Assembly (NCBI RefSeq): GCF_964204645.1
Contig: NC_134033.1
Coordinates: 6,410,231 to 6,474,230, forward strand
Direction: 5' to 3'
DNA: 64,000 nt
Origin: Tubulanus polymorphus
Lineage: Eukaryota > Animalia > Nemertea
Shown here: positions 45,193 to 57,391 of the stretch, piece by piece
Position numbering within the stretch: the stretch's first letter is position 1
Layout: every line of letters starts with the position of its first letter
Made by a program: the position numbers and the translations under genes
Notes under the pieces: model-generated
Databases searched by the model: none
Seen by the model: only the letters and a program-made list of their open reading frames with translations
Told to the model about the DNA's origin: nothing

Positions 45193-46276
45193 CGGATCCA
45201 GTTCCATTAGTTAAGGAGAAATTTTTCCGGCCCAGTCACTGATGTGACTTAAAAGCGATCTTAGATCATACCGAACTGCCTATAAGTTGTCGCACTGAAA
45301 TTGGCTCTAAGCAAAATGAGCTTAGGCCAGTACGAAGTTGTTAGTTAAACTGTTTTTTAGTTAACTTGGTTTTAGACTGTTCTTGGATCCACTTTTGACT
45401 TTGCAACTGGAGTTCATAGACCATCAGAAATATAGGGGGCCATTTTTCTAAATGTCTGTGGTATACGATCATTCATTTGTCTTTCCATGTTGTAAATTCA
45501 GGTGGTTATGTGTTAGATAAGTTTAGCCGCTGGTTGATGTTTTCATAAGATAAACTGGTAGATCTTAATACGTGGCTTTCAATCTGCAGCTATGAACTGG
45601 TGTCGCTTTATACGTTTACCATCAGTGGAAAGTTTTGAAAGCGTGCAGATAAAAAATTTTTTCCTCTAGATGAAAGTGGTTAATTTTTGGTCGAAAGTGC
45701 CTCGATTGAATTCCGGAAAACCTGCGAGGTATGGGTAATCATTAAATGGAAGTGTGCCAATATGTCGGATGTTGGTGATGCATTTTCAATCAGAAATATC
45801 TCGGGTGAATAAATTATAAGAAAGGTGATGAAGGTATAGAATGTCTTAGGCAGCAGATGGATATGTGTTTTATTAAAATGTTATCTGGTCCTCTGCCTTT
45901 TATTCTGTTAGAATGTTTTAAGTCTGATGTTTTTGAACTAGGGATTTTTGTCCTACGTCAATGGGCCAGATACAAATCGAGCCTAGTCAGGGCCAGTTAT
46001 ATCTGTGCGAAAACACAATACGCGATTCTAAAATTCTTGCGACTTGTTGCACAAGCTCTATACCAAACAACAACTCGATGCTTCGTTTTTGGTTCTATGT
46101 TCATCAAAAAGTATATTTGTCGTATCAGTTCATAAGTGTCTTGAACTAGGCTTAAGTCGTTAGTTGTTGACCATTGAACTAGATTGGTCTTAAATCTTTC
46201 ACTGCGACTTCTACTGGCCCCTGTTGTTGACTGTAGTGGTCAATTTATCGATGAATATTTGTGGAACTGGATCCAG
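45193..46276. mobile_element. MITE-like element or cluster downstream of the gene
   Basis: ggatccagttcca / tggaactggatcc inverted termini. Confidence 0.45.
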
Positions 46277-47129
46277 TGTCGTCCGACTTACGCAGTGGAT
46301 GGAAAATGATTGAAATAAAGATGGCCACCATGTGCCCTTCCCAGTTTTACTTAAATGTGTAAAGTGTAAATTTTTTCGTAAGGAAATGCGTCCATTAAAT
46401 TTCGATGAAAAATTGGAAAATAAACAATATAACCAGAGATGGACATCTACAATCGTATTATTATTGATATGATAATTAAGATTATTATCGGTAATAATGA
46501 TGTTAATGATAAAAGATGAAATAGTTGCATTTTTTGAACGGTAGACTTTTCTATGAAGAACATCAAATCATGATCAGATTTTATAGTAAAATGGATTAAA
46601 AAAGAATAAAAAATCGAAGAAAATCTACAAGAAATAATCGTTTTCATGTTTTCTTTTTGTTTGTTGCGTGCGGTGAGGTTTGATTCTGCCAAGGAGAAGC
46701 CGATCCAGGTTTATTGATGGCAGGTAAACATTACAGTCAAACCCGATATACTGCCCATATCGGCAGTATAGAGAGTATGACAGTATATCAGGGGTGTTTT
46801 ACTAAGTATTTGTATTGAGATGTACGTTGAGAAAACCTGGCGTTATGCGGGGGGGGGGGGTGGCATATCGGAGTTAGACTTACTGTATATACAAAATGTT
46901 GAAATTTTTCGATTAACATTAAAGCAAGCTCTGCACCTCTCAACCATATGTAGGACTTGATTCTACTGTTGCGTGAAAGATTTGGAATGCAGTATTAATG
47001 TATGTCAGTTTTAATGGAAATTAATAGAACTTTCTTTAAGGGTCTGTCTAAAGAACATACCTCTAACCGCCCTTTGGTTTTTTCATTTCGGGTGAAATAT
47101 CGAGTCCAGTCCGGGTTTTACCTGATATC

Positions 47130-48885
47130 AAAGATTACTTTAAAGTGGGTTCGAGCGCCAAAATGTACAATTGGCAACTACAATATTTTAAGGTAGAAGG
47201 ACATATTTCTATTTTTAGATATCTAAAGTTTTCAGTGAATTGTTTTATCGCAAACAGCGCACGCTTTGCTTTATTAATTATATACTCATGATGTCTCCCA
47301 GTTTTACCGTTACTTTGCATGATATAGCCCAAATAGTTGTACTGGGTCACTACTATTTCTTTTCCATCGATATGGAATATATCATTTCTGCCGCCTCGCC
47401 TCTTGAAAATTACGATTTTGGTTTTCTGAAAAGTGGTAAAGACCGTTTTGTAGACCTTCAGCCGAGACTGCAATAAGCACCGTATCATCGGCGTTAAGTA
47501 ATACATACAGTTTTAGCCTACAATAACTAACTCCGTTGTAGCCAGCGTTTATAAGTTCATCTTGTAAATCATTTAAAAACATACTGTAAAGAAATGGCGA
47601 AAGGCTCTCTCCTTGCCTAACTCCACTATTACAGGTAAAGGGGTTACAGAGAAACCATTATGCTTTACTACTGACTTCACTAAAGAATACATACTTCTAA
47701 TAATCTCAAGTATTTTCCGTGTGCGTTGAACGTTTTATCGTTTGCGGGCAAAACGTTTTACGAAAAACGTTGTGTGAAAACGTGTTTTCTGTTTCGGCGA
47801 AACAAATGTTTTGCCGTGTGCGTTGGGCTTTAGCGAGTCCACATAATATGGATCAATGTCCTCTATCTGTGATTTAGATACTCTTTTAATTCCTCCTCGC
47901 AGATCTCGTTTAGTTTCTCCGGTATGCCAAAGAATACTAAATTCGTTCTCCTAGCTCTAGCTTCCTGATCAATAATTCGATCTTCCATTGCCTGCAGACG
48001 CGTATTTTCTTGTTTTTGGACAATTCTGTTCTGCTCAAATTCGCTTATTTTCACACTAAGTTCATGCCATAGCTCATCTTTTACTTCATTGATCCTGACA
48101 TCTATTTTTTCCTCGAGGTCCGATCTGCAATGATCAATCTCTTCTCTAAGTTCTTTGAATTTTGTATCCATTTTCTTTTCAAGACTCAATTTCATATTTC
48201 TTATCTCTATTAGGACATCTCTTAGTGATATATCTTCATCAGCTTCTACGTTATCCTCTTCATTATAATCAACATCACATTGGTCGTTCTCGTAACTAGC
48301 ATTCACAGTGGTCGCAGCTTTTTTCTGTGGCGGAGTACTAACTGAACTGTTTGATGACCCGTTCGAGCGTTCTCTTTTTTAGCTATCGGAGATTTCGTCG
48401 CTTCCATTAGTTTCAACTTGCTCACACTGGTTATTTGGCTGTTGTGACTGTTTTTTGGTTGTAGAATCTGCGAACAGGTATTTATCGCGGTTGGCTTTAC
48501 TGTTGGCTTTATTGTTACTATTGTTCCCTGATTTAGTTTTCGCTCTAGGTTTAGGTCCCATTTTGCACTGGTCAGTGGTCAATCCACCTTCACACGAAGC
48601 GGATTGTTCATGCGGAACGACTGCGTTTCAACACTAAACTATATGCTGTGTCACGTATACCACACACAAATTTCAGGCCTGTCAATGCGATATATTCCCA
48701 CATTTATCACAACTTCCTACAGAATTCCAACTTTTAAAGATGTCGATCACATCCACTTCGATCACAGTTTCACAGTCAAATTACACAGTTTTCGTACCTT
48801 TTCTTAGCATTAAAATGATGTTATAATCCGCTTTAATGGAGAGACTGCATTCGCGTGACTTTATGCGGCGGCCATTTTATCTATG
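47130..48885 (-). mobile_element. Internally deleted LINE: 5' end, ORF1 and an RT fragment
   Basis: RT motifs GVRQGESLSPFLY, LLNADDTVL and KTKIVIF (47130-47716, frameshifted); ORF1 MGPKP…coiled coil…EARARRTNLVFFGIPE; AAAATGGCCGCC near the 5' end; endonuclease missing. Confidence 0.8.
47863..48561 (-). pseudogene. LINE ORF1 (coiled coil plus start of RRM) with one premature stop at 48379-48381
   Basis: ORFs 48379..48582 and 47863..48306 are in the same frame; RRxNL..FGIPE motif. Confidence 0.72.
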
Positions 48886-48889
48886 CTAT

Positions 48890-49790
48890 ATAGTATATAT
48901 AGTACTATTTCAATAAACTTAAACTTATAAAATTCGATATTACGTATGCGTTGGGCGTTTCGTTTCGATTGTTCATTTATATCCGTGATGAGCTCTTTCG
49001 TTTTTATGATATCTTTTCTAATGTCATTGTGTTCCAAACGGGTATTAACAATTGAGTTCTTGACTGCGGTCATTTCGGCTTCAACTTTCGTAACTCTTGC
49101 GGATAAATCGTTGATCGATTGGGAGATCGTTTCAATCATTGCATTTAGATCTGGGAGTATGTTAGTATGTTTATTTTCTCGTAGTATGTTTATTTGTAGT
49201 ATGTTTCTCGTTAGTATGTTTATTTTCTCGATTACGGTATTTAGCATCAGTTCTAATTTGCTTTCTAATTTGCTGCAATCGGGACACTGTTCACAGTCCA
49301 CTTTCACTATGCCCGGTCTCTACATTCAGGTACTCCAGGGTTCTATATTGTTCTGTTTCTGGACTCTTGTGAATTCTCAATCGGGGATCTCTATGCACGG
49401 TTACAGGCGTTTGGTCACCTTGGTCGTACCTAGGGGATTTTTACCCACGGGATTTTACCTACAACCGATGGAACACCTTCGATTCGTAAGATTGTCGGCG
49501 TCTCTTTTGGTGCTCGTAATGTTGTTACTTTTACGTTTTTCATCTAAATTTCATGATTCTTCAAGAGATCGAACGAATCCGTATCTTTACAGTGTATACC
49601 AAAGCTGAATGGTGTAATCTTTAGCTTTTCTAACACGGGCCTTGAAAGTTCTGTCTTGTAAGGCTTCTTCTAGAAACTCACTTTCGTTTTTCACGTTAAG
49701 TCCGTGTTTGCTTACCAGCAGAAAGTAATCAATCGTTTTCGCGAATTTCATGTTATTTGTCCATGATTTAGTATTGATTGGTTCCATCTT
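48890..49790 (-). pseudogene. Degraded coiled-coil ORF of unknown, probably TE ORF1-like, origin
   Basis: CEQCPDC followed by a long heptad-rich stretch; upstream pieces are interrupted by stops. Confidence 0.35.
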
Positions 49791-51197
49791 TGAGGATGAT
49801 GCAAATATATTCCAATCATGAAGTTTAAAATAATATATGATTGAACGTAGTTGAGATTATTTTTCTCGTCCCGGTTGGTTGTGCGTCGGAGCTCTGCGAC
49901 AATACGTATTTACTGTTCGATGGTCATCACGGCTGGTATCAGATTGAAGAGTTCCTCCGTTGCTAAATCCGATTCGAAGATGCCGTTATCGTATTCGGGC
50001 ACAGTTTTTCAAGAGCTTTGACATTGGTTTTGACTACATCTATTTCCGAACTAAGTAATTGAATTTGATCGTTTCTGGAAGTTTGAAGATTGTCGATTGA
50101 TCTACCCTGATCGAAAAGCATGGAATGTAGTTAAGTTTTATGTTAGACCACTTAAGATTTTTTCCAATATATACTACACCGAATTTATTTTTTAGAATAT
50201 TCTTACATATCTTTATCCGTCGCACATGACCTACGAAACATTTGGCCCTCTTCCAATATCCATAAATTAGCGACTGAAAAATATAAAAAGAAATCGGTTA
50301 TGACTGATTCAAGATTTAGATTTAGATGTTGTTGGCAAATTTGGCCAGTGCCTTATACAGCTCACCCACGAGCAAACCACTCATTCGATACTAAACAATG
50401 CTTGAACATAGCGAAGCGAGTTATTTCCGGAACCAGTTGCAATTTAAACGCATTCATTTGTCGTGGCTTGGGCCTTGTCCGATGTTTTTGGTCGGGCCAC
50501 GTAGCGAATGCTGCCAGGTTTTGCGGTGTTGTCGTGACTCGGCAGGTGGCAGTCAAACCCCTAGCAAGCGAAGCTGATCTACGTGTAGTAGTTTGATTCT
50601 TGCGAAACCATTCGCTGACAGAAAATACCCGTCTTTAGGTATTCAGGGAAAAGTTATGAAAAGGGCATTAAAAACCTAAATCAACCAAAAACTCCAAGTA
50701 CGCTTTTAACAGCTGACCACCCACTCCACTTTAAAGTGATCAGGAATTCACTCGCGACATTTTTTCATTGGAAATGAACTACACAAACACCAGACATTAG
50801 ACATTATCAGCACAGTTTCAAAAATTTAGCATCCACACTTCGTTCAATGCTTCACATGAGGACATTTTAAATTGAATATTGACTATTAGGGAAATAATGA
50901 TAATATGCATTCGATCGATAATTTACAATCGATAATTCACCAGTAGCGCCCAAAAGGTAATAGGTTGAATTTATAGTGTCTATGTCTATATACGCATGTT
51001 TATGTAATTTGCCCATCCATGTATGTATTTACACATGAATTGTAATTTTGTAATTTTTCTTCTGTGCTCTAAGCAAATGTCTGTTTGTTGAGCAAAATAA
51101 ACTAAACTAAACTTTATTCGTATCAGCAGTTGCAGATTATCTAGAAAAATTTCACAGTTCCTGGTATCGTCACTGGTTGAACCCTATTGTGCTGTCC

Positions 51198-53368
51198 TGT
51201 TATTGGATGCCTTTCATACTATGGAACGCGATAAATGAAAGGAATATGAGCGCTGCACCGACATAATGTTTTTGCGACGTAATCGTCCCGATATTAGAAT
51301 TTATATTTCTACAGCGACGTAATACTTTAATGTATTTGCAACGACGTAAGTTTTTGTGACGACGTAAGTTATTTCCGAAAATCACCACCAGGTGGCACTG
51401 CATATGTTCATTCAATCGAAAAATCCGGACTGTGTATGTGTATTTGGCGCGTCTGTATAAATGATGGAGATGGAAGATATTCCGGTTAGTCTCAGCCTTC
51501 ACACCTGGTTGACAGTGTTGTAACCGTTACAACAGTTTATCAAAGCCAGATGGCTACAGTCCGCGTGGACCTGGTTGCCACCGAGATCGCGTGTGAACTC
51601 GCGTATCATATTCGTTAACACGTGTATAATTTTTTGACGCCTTATAAAACGTTACCATTATGAAACCTAAACAATGTTAACCATTCAGCGTCATTTTACA
51701 AACGACAGCCGTAAATCGATGTGCAAAACGTCACAGGTCTATGTGTACACAAACAAGCTATCTGGCAAAATATTATTGACATACATGTAGAATGGCTTCC
51801 TGTGATTATATAATGACCTATATTTGAACGTCGAAATGTTATATTGCATTGAATATCATTAGAAGACGTATTGTAATAGTAAAGGATGTATGATTATATC
51901 AGAAGCGGCAGGCATAAATAGAAATGATAAGTAAATCGGATTATTCGGTTAAATGGCGGATGTATACACGATTTGGAAGTCTGATATAAAAGTCAGACCC
52001 TGACGTGGGCATGCCGGTGGAATGACGAAGCTATCTACGATGTGTGTAGGGCCGGCGTGAATTTCATCAGCGGCTACAAGCGGTCAATATGAAAATGTGT
52101 AAACATATAATTTCAATATTCAAACGTTTCAATATGTTCGATATTAGGAGTATGCAGGTTTCGTGAGATTAGCAATTTATAATAGCATAGCTGTCATATA
52201 CGGCTCCGCGTCTTCTGATGGCATGTGTATTAGGTGACAATTCAATTCAATTCTTTATTGATCCCTTTACATTGAAATTCCGGGATAAAATTCCCAAATT
52301 CAATAAATACAAATTTTAAAATAAATTAATACAACATACATGACACACGGGTAATTCATACAGAACAACATAAGCATGTTATTTTAAATGACAATGTCTA
52401 CTTCAACCCACCCAGACTCAAGACTCTAGGATATCGAGCGACAGCCAAACCCGTGGCCCGGGCCGGCTGGCTAGGCCACACGATATGTTCGAAGTCATGA
52501 TGAAGCAGACATCAGAAGAGCTCTTTCTTCAACCATGGAGGCTATGAAGTTGCAGACCAGCTTAGAGGCATAAGTAAATGAAGTCGGTCGCAAGTTCGCG
52601 ATCAATTATTGAGAATTTTCAATAAAAAAATTTAAACTACTACTAGAGTCGAAGACCTGTATCATCTACCCAATCGCCAAATCTCATCATTCCCCAAATT
52701 TCTTAAAACTTCGATTTCAAATTTGCAATTCCACATTAGCTTAGCCCAGAAATTCTAAATTTTTTTCGCAGGCGTCAAATAATTTTCTAAAATTAATTTT
52801 CTTGTTGTTTTTAACGAGTTTAAGACTGTGTCTGTTCTCTCGTTTGTTTATTTTGTGCTTTATACAGTAACATTTTGACAGTTCTGTAAAGTTTTGTAAC
52901 ATTCTCAACAGATTGTAATCTTAATTAGTTTCTAGCCGATTTTGTATAAAAGCCGTAGCAAATTCTCTGTAAAATCGGTTCATCTTTGTAAGCCTGATGG
53001 TGCACGTCTCTCTGCCAAAAAATCGCTCTCGTCTTTAATCTGAAGAAAGCCTTGCAGTTAGTCATTTCATGACCAAGGGACAGGACGACGACTTTGCCTC
53101 GCTTTGCTGCTTCAAGGGACAGGACGACGACTCTGCCTCGCTTTTGCTGCTTCAACCAGGGAACGCGGTGACTCTGGCCGACTCGCTAATTTTGCCTCTG
53201 CCTGGTGACCCGCCTGGCTTTGCTTCTACCTTGGCGACCCGCCTGGCTTCTGCTTCAGCCATGCCTTTGCTTTTCTTCTGTCCGAGAACATATGCAGTCA
53301 CTCCCCATCGACTGTCAGTGGAGTGAGCCCGAAACCCCGTGGTGTTGGACCGAGAACTCTCCCAAACA
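51198..53368 (+). repeat. BEL 5' LTR, interrupted by HINE copy B; start approximate
   Basis: 51520-53368 aligns to 61444-62065 once 51632-52806 is removed; TATAAA near 51456 and TTAGTC about 30 nt downstream. Confidence 0.7.
51632..52806 (+). mobile_element. HINE/Helentron-like element, copy B, inserted in the BEL LTR
   Basis: Matches 28749-29861; the empty site gtataatttttgtttttaacg is present in the second LTR copy. Confidence 0.85.
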
Positions 53369-53373
53369 TTAAC

Positions 53374-53391
53374 TGGTCCCTCGAGCCGGAT
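53374..53391 (+). promoter_or_regulatory. Primer-binding site complementary to the tRNA-Tyr 3' end
   Basis: tggtccctcgagccggat, 5 nt after the LTR end (canonical form tggtccttcgagccgga). Confidence 0.8.
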
Positions 53392-53488
53392 TGAGGACGA
53401 CGAAGATGACCGAAGAAAGCAGAAAACTGAAGACCACCAGAGGCTGCAGAAAAGCAACGTTTACCCGGATCTGCAACCAAGCAACCAC

Positions 53489-56400
53489 GCTGATCGAAGT
53501 TCGAGGCAGCCGAACCCAGTTGGTGTCGCTGGTCCAGAAGTTAGCAGACGCCTTAGAAAATGTCGCGATAGCCAATGACACGTACGTCGACAGCCTCAAC
53601 GATGAAACTGAGACAGCCGCCGCAGAGAAATACGTCACCGAAATCGAAGAGACGCACACACAGATGGTCGCTAGCTTTAATACCTATCTGCAGTCAAGAG
53701 CTGACGACGCCTCATCCGTCATGTCAAAGGCCTCGTCAGCGGCGTCACGAGCAACCACCGTATGTGCGCAGAAGAAGGCCCTTGAAGTAAAACAACTGAG
53801 ACGTCGCCTCGAAATAGAACGTCAACAAGATGAACTCACTCGTCAAGCCAAGCTAGCCCAGGCTGAAGACGAAGCCGACGCCGCCGCGCTAGAAGCCAGC
53901 CTCCAGGACGCAGATGTCTTAAACGCTGATCGCATACATGACTTCGACGACGAAATGCAGCCTATGGCACAGCCCGATAGAATTCCACTGCTGCCACAAC
54001 CCGACAGAATTCCACTGATGCCACAACTCGATAGAATTCCACTGATGTCACAGCCCGATAGAATTCCACTGATGTCACAGCCCGATAGAATTCCACTGAT
54101 GTCGCAGCCCGACAGAATTACGCTGATGTCACAGCCCGACAAAATCCTGCCTATGCCGCAGCCCGATAGAATCCTGCCTATGCCGCAGCCCGATAGAATC
54201 CTGCCTACGCCGCAGCCCGATAGATCTTTGCCGCCGAAGCAGTCCGTTATACCGCCGCCTGACTGGTCCATGTCGTATCAACCCGAATATCAGCCGAACC
54301 GCAACCAACCAACCAACCAACCAACCAACCAACCAACCAACCAACCAACCAACCAACCAACCAACCAACCAACCAACCAACCAACCAACCAACCAACCAA
54401 CCAACCAATTAAAGCAGAAGATCGAACCATCTATTCTCAAAGTCCGTACCGAAGATACATTTGCACAAGTTTGACGGTGATCCAAGTGATTGGCCGAAAT
54501 GGTATGGTTTGTGTAAGGCACTGATTGACGACCAACCAGATCTTACAAACACAGAGAAAATCACGCACTCGCAGTCAGCCGTGACCGGTGTCGCACAGCA
54601 GACGATTGCCGGTATGATGTACAAAGGTTGACTATATCACCAAGCTTTGACATCACTCGAAGAAAGATTCGGCCGAGAAGAAGACGTCGTTAAAGCGTGC
54701 CTCAAGAAAGTTTTCCAAAGTACCCGCTGAAGAATTGTGATGCAGGACCGCTCGAAAGATTTCAAGCTAGCCTGCACTGTGCCGTGACGACCCTTGAGAA
54801 TCTCGGCTATGAGGGTGACCTAGCAAGCGTAGAGAATCATCGCCGAATCGTAATGAAACTACCCCTAGAACTCAACCGAGAATGGGGCAAGAAAGTATTT
54901 GAGATTGAACCACGCCGCCCAAACCTGTCCGAGTAGATGGCCGACACAGCAAGTTAAAATAACATTGAACTGTCCAGCCATGCGGACTGAAACACGAGAA
55001 ACTCGAGGCTTCGACCGACCACGACCGAATACTAGATCGATGTTCACGACCCAGAATCTGCAACGAAGACCACAAGCTCGCTGTATGTCGAACGTTTAAG
55101 CTGAAATCTGTCAACGAGAGATCAGCGTACATTGCAGAGTCAAAGAGTTGTTTCTGCTGTTTGGGAGAAGGTCATCGCGTGAGATCCTGTCCCGGCAAGA
55201 AAACGTGTAATCAGCCAAACTGCAAGGGGTGATTTCCAAGCTGATCGAAGTTCGAGGCAGCCGAACCCAGTTGGTGTCGCTGGTCCAGAAGTTAGCAGAC
55301 GCCTTAGAAAATGTCGCGATAGCCAATGACACGAACGTCGACAGCCTCAACGATGAAACTGAGACAGCCGCCGCAGAGAAATACGTCACCGAAATCGAAG
55401 AGACGCACACACAGATGGTCGCTAGCTTTAATACCTATCTGCAGTCAAGAGCTGACGACGCCTCATCCGTCATGTCAAAGGCCTCGTCAGCGGCGTCACG
55501 AGCAACCACCGTATGTGCGCAGAAGAAGGCCCTTGAAGTAAAACAACTGAGACGTCGCCTCGAAATAGAACGTCAACAAGATGAACTCACTCGTCAAGCC
55601 AAGCTAGCCCAGGCTGAAGACGAAGCCGACGCCGCCGCGCTAGAAGCCAGCCTCCAGGACGCAGATGTCTTAAACGCTGATCGCATACATGACTTCGACG
55701 ACGAAATGCAGCCTATGGCACAGCCCGATAGAATTCCACTGCTGCCACAACCCGACAGAATTCCACTGATGCCACAACTCGATAGAATTCCACTGATGTC
55801 ACAGCCCGATAGAATTCCACTGATGTCACAGCCCGATAGAATTCCACTGATGTCGCAGCCCGACAGAATTACGCTGATGTCACAGCCCGACAAAATCCTG
55901 CCTATGCCGCAGCCCGATAGAATCCTGCCTATGCCGCAGCCCGATAGAATCCTGCCTACGCCGCAGCCCGATAGATCTTTGCCGCCGAAGCAGTCCGTTA
56001 TACCGCCGCCTGACTGGTCCATGTCGTATCAACCCGAATATCAGCCGAACCGCAACCAACCAACCAACCAACCAACCAACCAACCAACCAACCAACCAAC
56101 CAACCAACCAACCAACCAACCAACCAACCAACCAACCAACCAACCAACCAACCAATTAAAGCAGAAGATCGAACCATCTATTCTCAAAGTCCGTACCGAA
56201 GATACATTTGCACAAGTTTGACGGTGATCCAAGTGATTGGCCGAAATGGTATGGTTTGTGTAAGGCACTGATTGACGACCAACCAGATCTTACAAACACA
56301 GAGAAAATCACGCACTCGCAGTCAGCCGTGACCGGTGTCGCACAGCAGACGATTGCCGGTATGATGTACAAAGGTTGACTATATCACCAAGCTTTGACAT

Positions 56401-56976
56401 CACTCGAAGAAAGATTCGGCCGAGAAGAAGACGTCGTTAAAGCGTGCCTCAAGAAAGTTTTCCAAAGTACCCGCTGAAGAATTGTGATGCAGGACCGCTC
56501 GAAAGATTTCAAGCTAGCCTGCACTGTGCCGTGACGACCCTTGAGAATCTCGGCTATGAGGGTGACCTAGCAAGCGTAGAGAATCATCGCCGAATCGTAA
56601 TGAAACTACCCCTAGAACTCAACCGAGAATGGGGCAAGAAAGTATTTGAGATTGAACCACGCCGCCCAAACCTGTCCGAGTAGATGGCCGACACAGCAAG
56701 TTAAAATAACATTGAACTGTCCAGCCATGCGGACTGAAACACGAGAAACTCGAGGCTTCGACCGACCACGACCGAATACTAGATCGATGTTCACGACCCA
56801 GAATCTGCAACGAAGACCACAAGCTCGCTGTATGTCGAACGTTTAAGCTGAAATCTGTCAACGAGAGATCAGCGTACATTGCAGAGTCAAAGAGTTGTTT
56901 CTGCTGTTTGGGAGAAGGTCATCGCGTGAGATCCTGTCCCGGCAAGAAAACGTGTAATCAGCCAAACTGCAAGGGG
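53489..56976 (+). repeat. Tandem duplication of BEL gag: 53489-55229 and 55240-56976
   Basis: Near-identical 1741- and 1737-bp copies separated by the filler tgatttccaa. Confidence 0.95.
54302..54407. repeat. (CAAC)n microsatellite in gag, preceded by a 24-bp QPDRIPLM minisatellite (about 53968-54230); both repeated at 55719-56155
   Basis: Seen directly. Confidence 0.93.
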
Positions 56977-57391
56977 AAACATCACCCCCTGCTACACGGG
57001 AGTCAACGAGTGTACCCGAAGAGATAAGTTGCTGCAGTGTGTCTATCAGATGGATTATCCGTCAACAGCCAAGTATACCATGAGACTGAAGCTGAAATCA
57101 ACACTATTAGCTGTCAGAAGCATAACGTGTCGAACGCCATACTGCAAGTCGTTCCAGTCAGACTTTACGGCACCAAGATACCTACGCGTTGCTCGACTCA
57201 GGCACACAGACGTCACTGTGCTGTAGCGAACTTGTTGATCGACTCGGTATCAGCGGTGAGAGAAAATTTCTGAAGTTGAGCAATGTCGAAAATGACGGTG
57301 AACGGTACAAGACGCTTAAATTCAAGATGAAAATCAAACCAAAGCAGTCAACAATGTCATAGAAGTCAACGAGGCGTGGGCTGTACCCAGA

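Noticed and set aside
48946-49608. 220-aa hydrophobic + strand ORF
   Set aside because: Antisense shadow of the minus-strand coiled-coil ORF; no recognisable motif.
51428-51432. GACTG as the BEL target-site duplication (matches 62066-62070)
   Set aside because: It would leave only about 25 bp of U3 before the TATA box, and the flanks are not collinear (Gypsy on one side only); probably a chance 5-mer.
53843-54521. Minus-strand ORFs with GILSGCD and WLVG repeats (also 55594-56268)
   Set aside because: Antisense read-through of the gag minisatellite and (CAAC)n.
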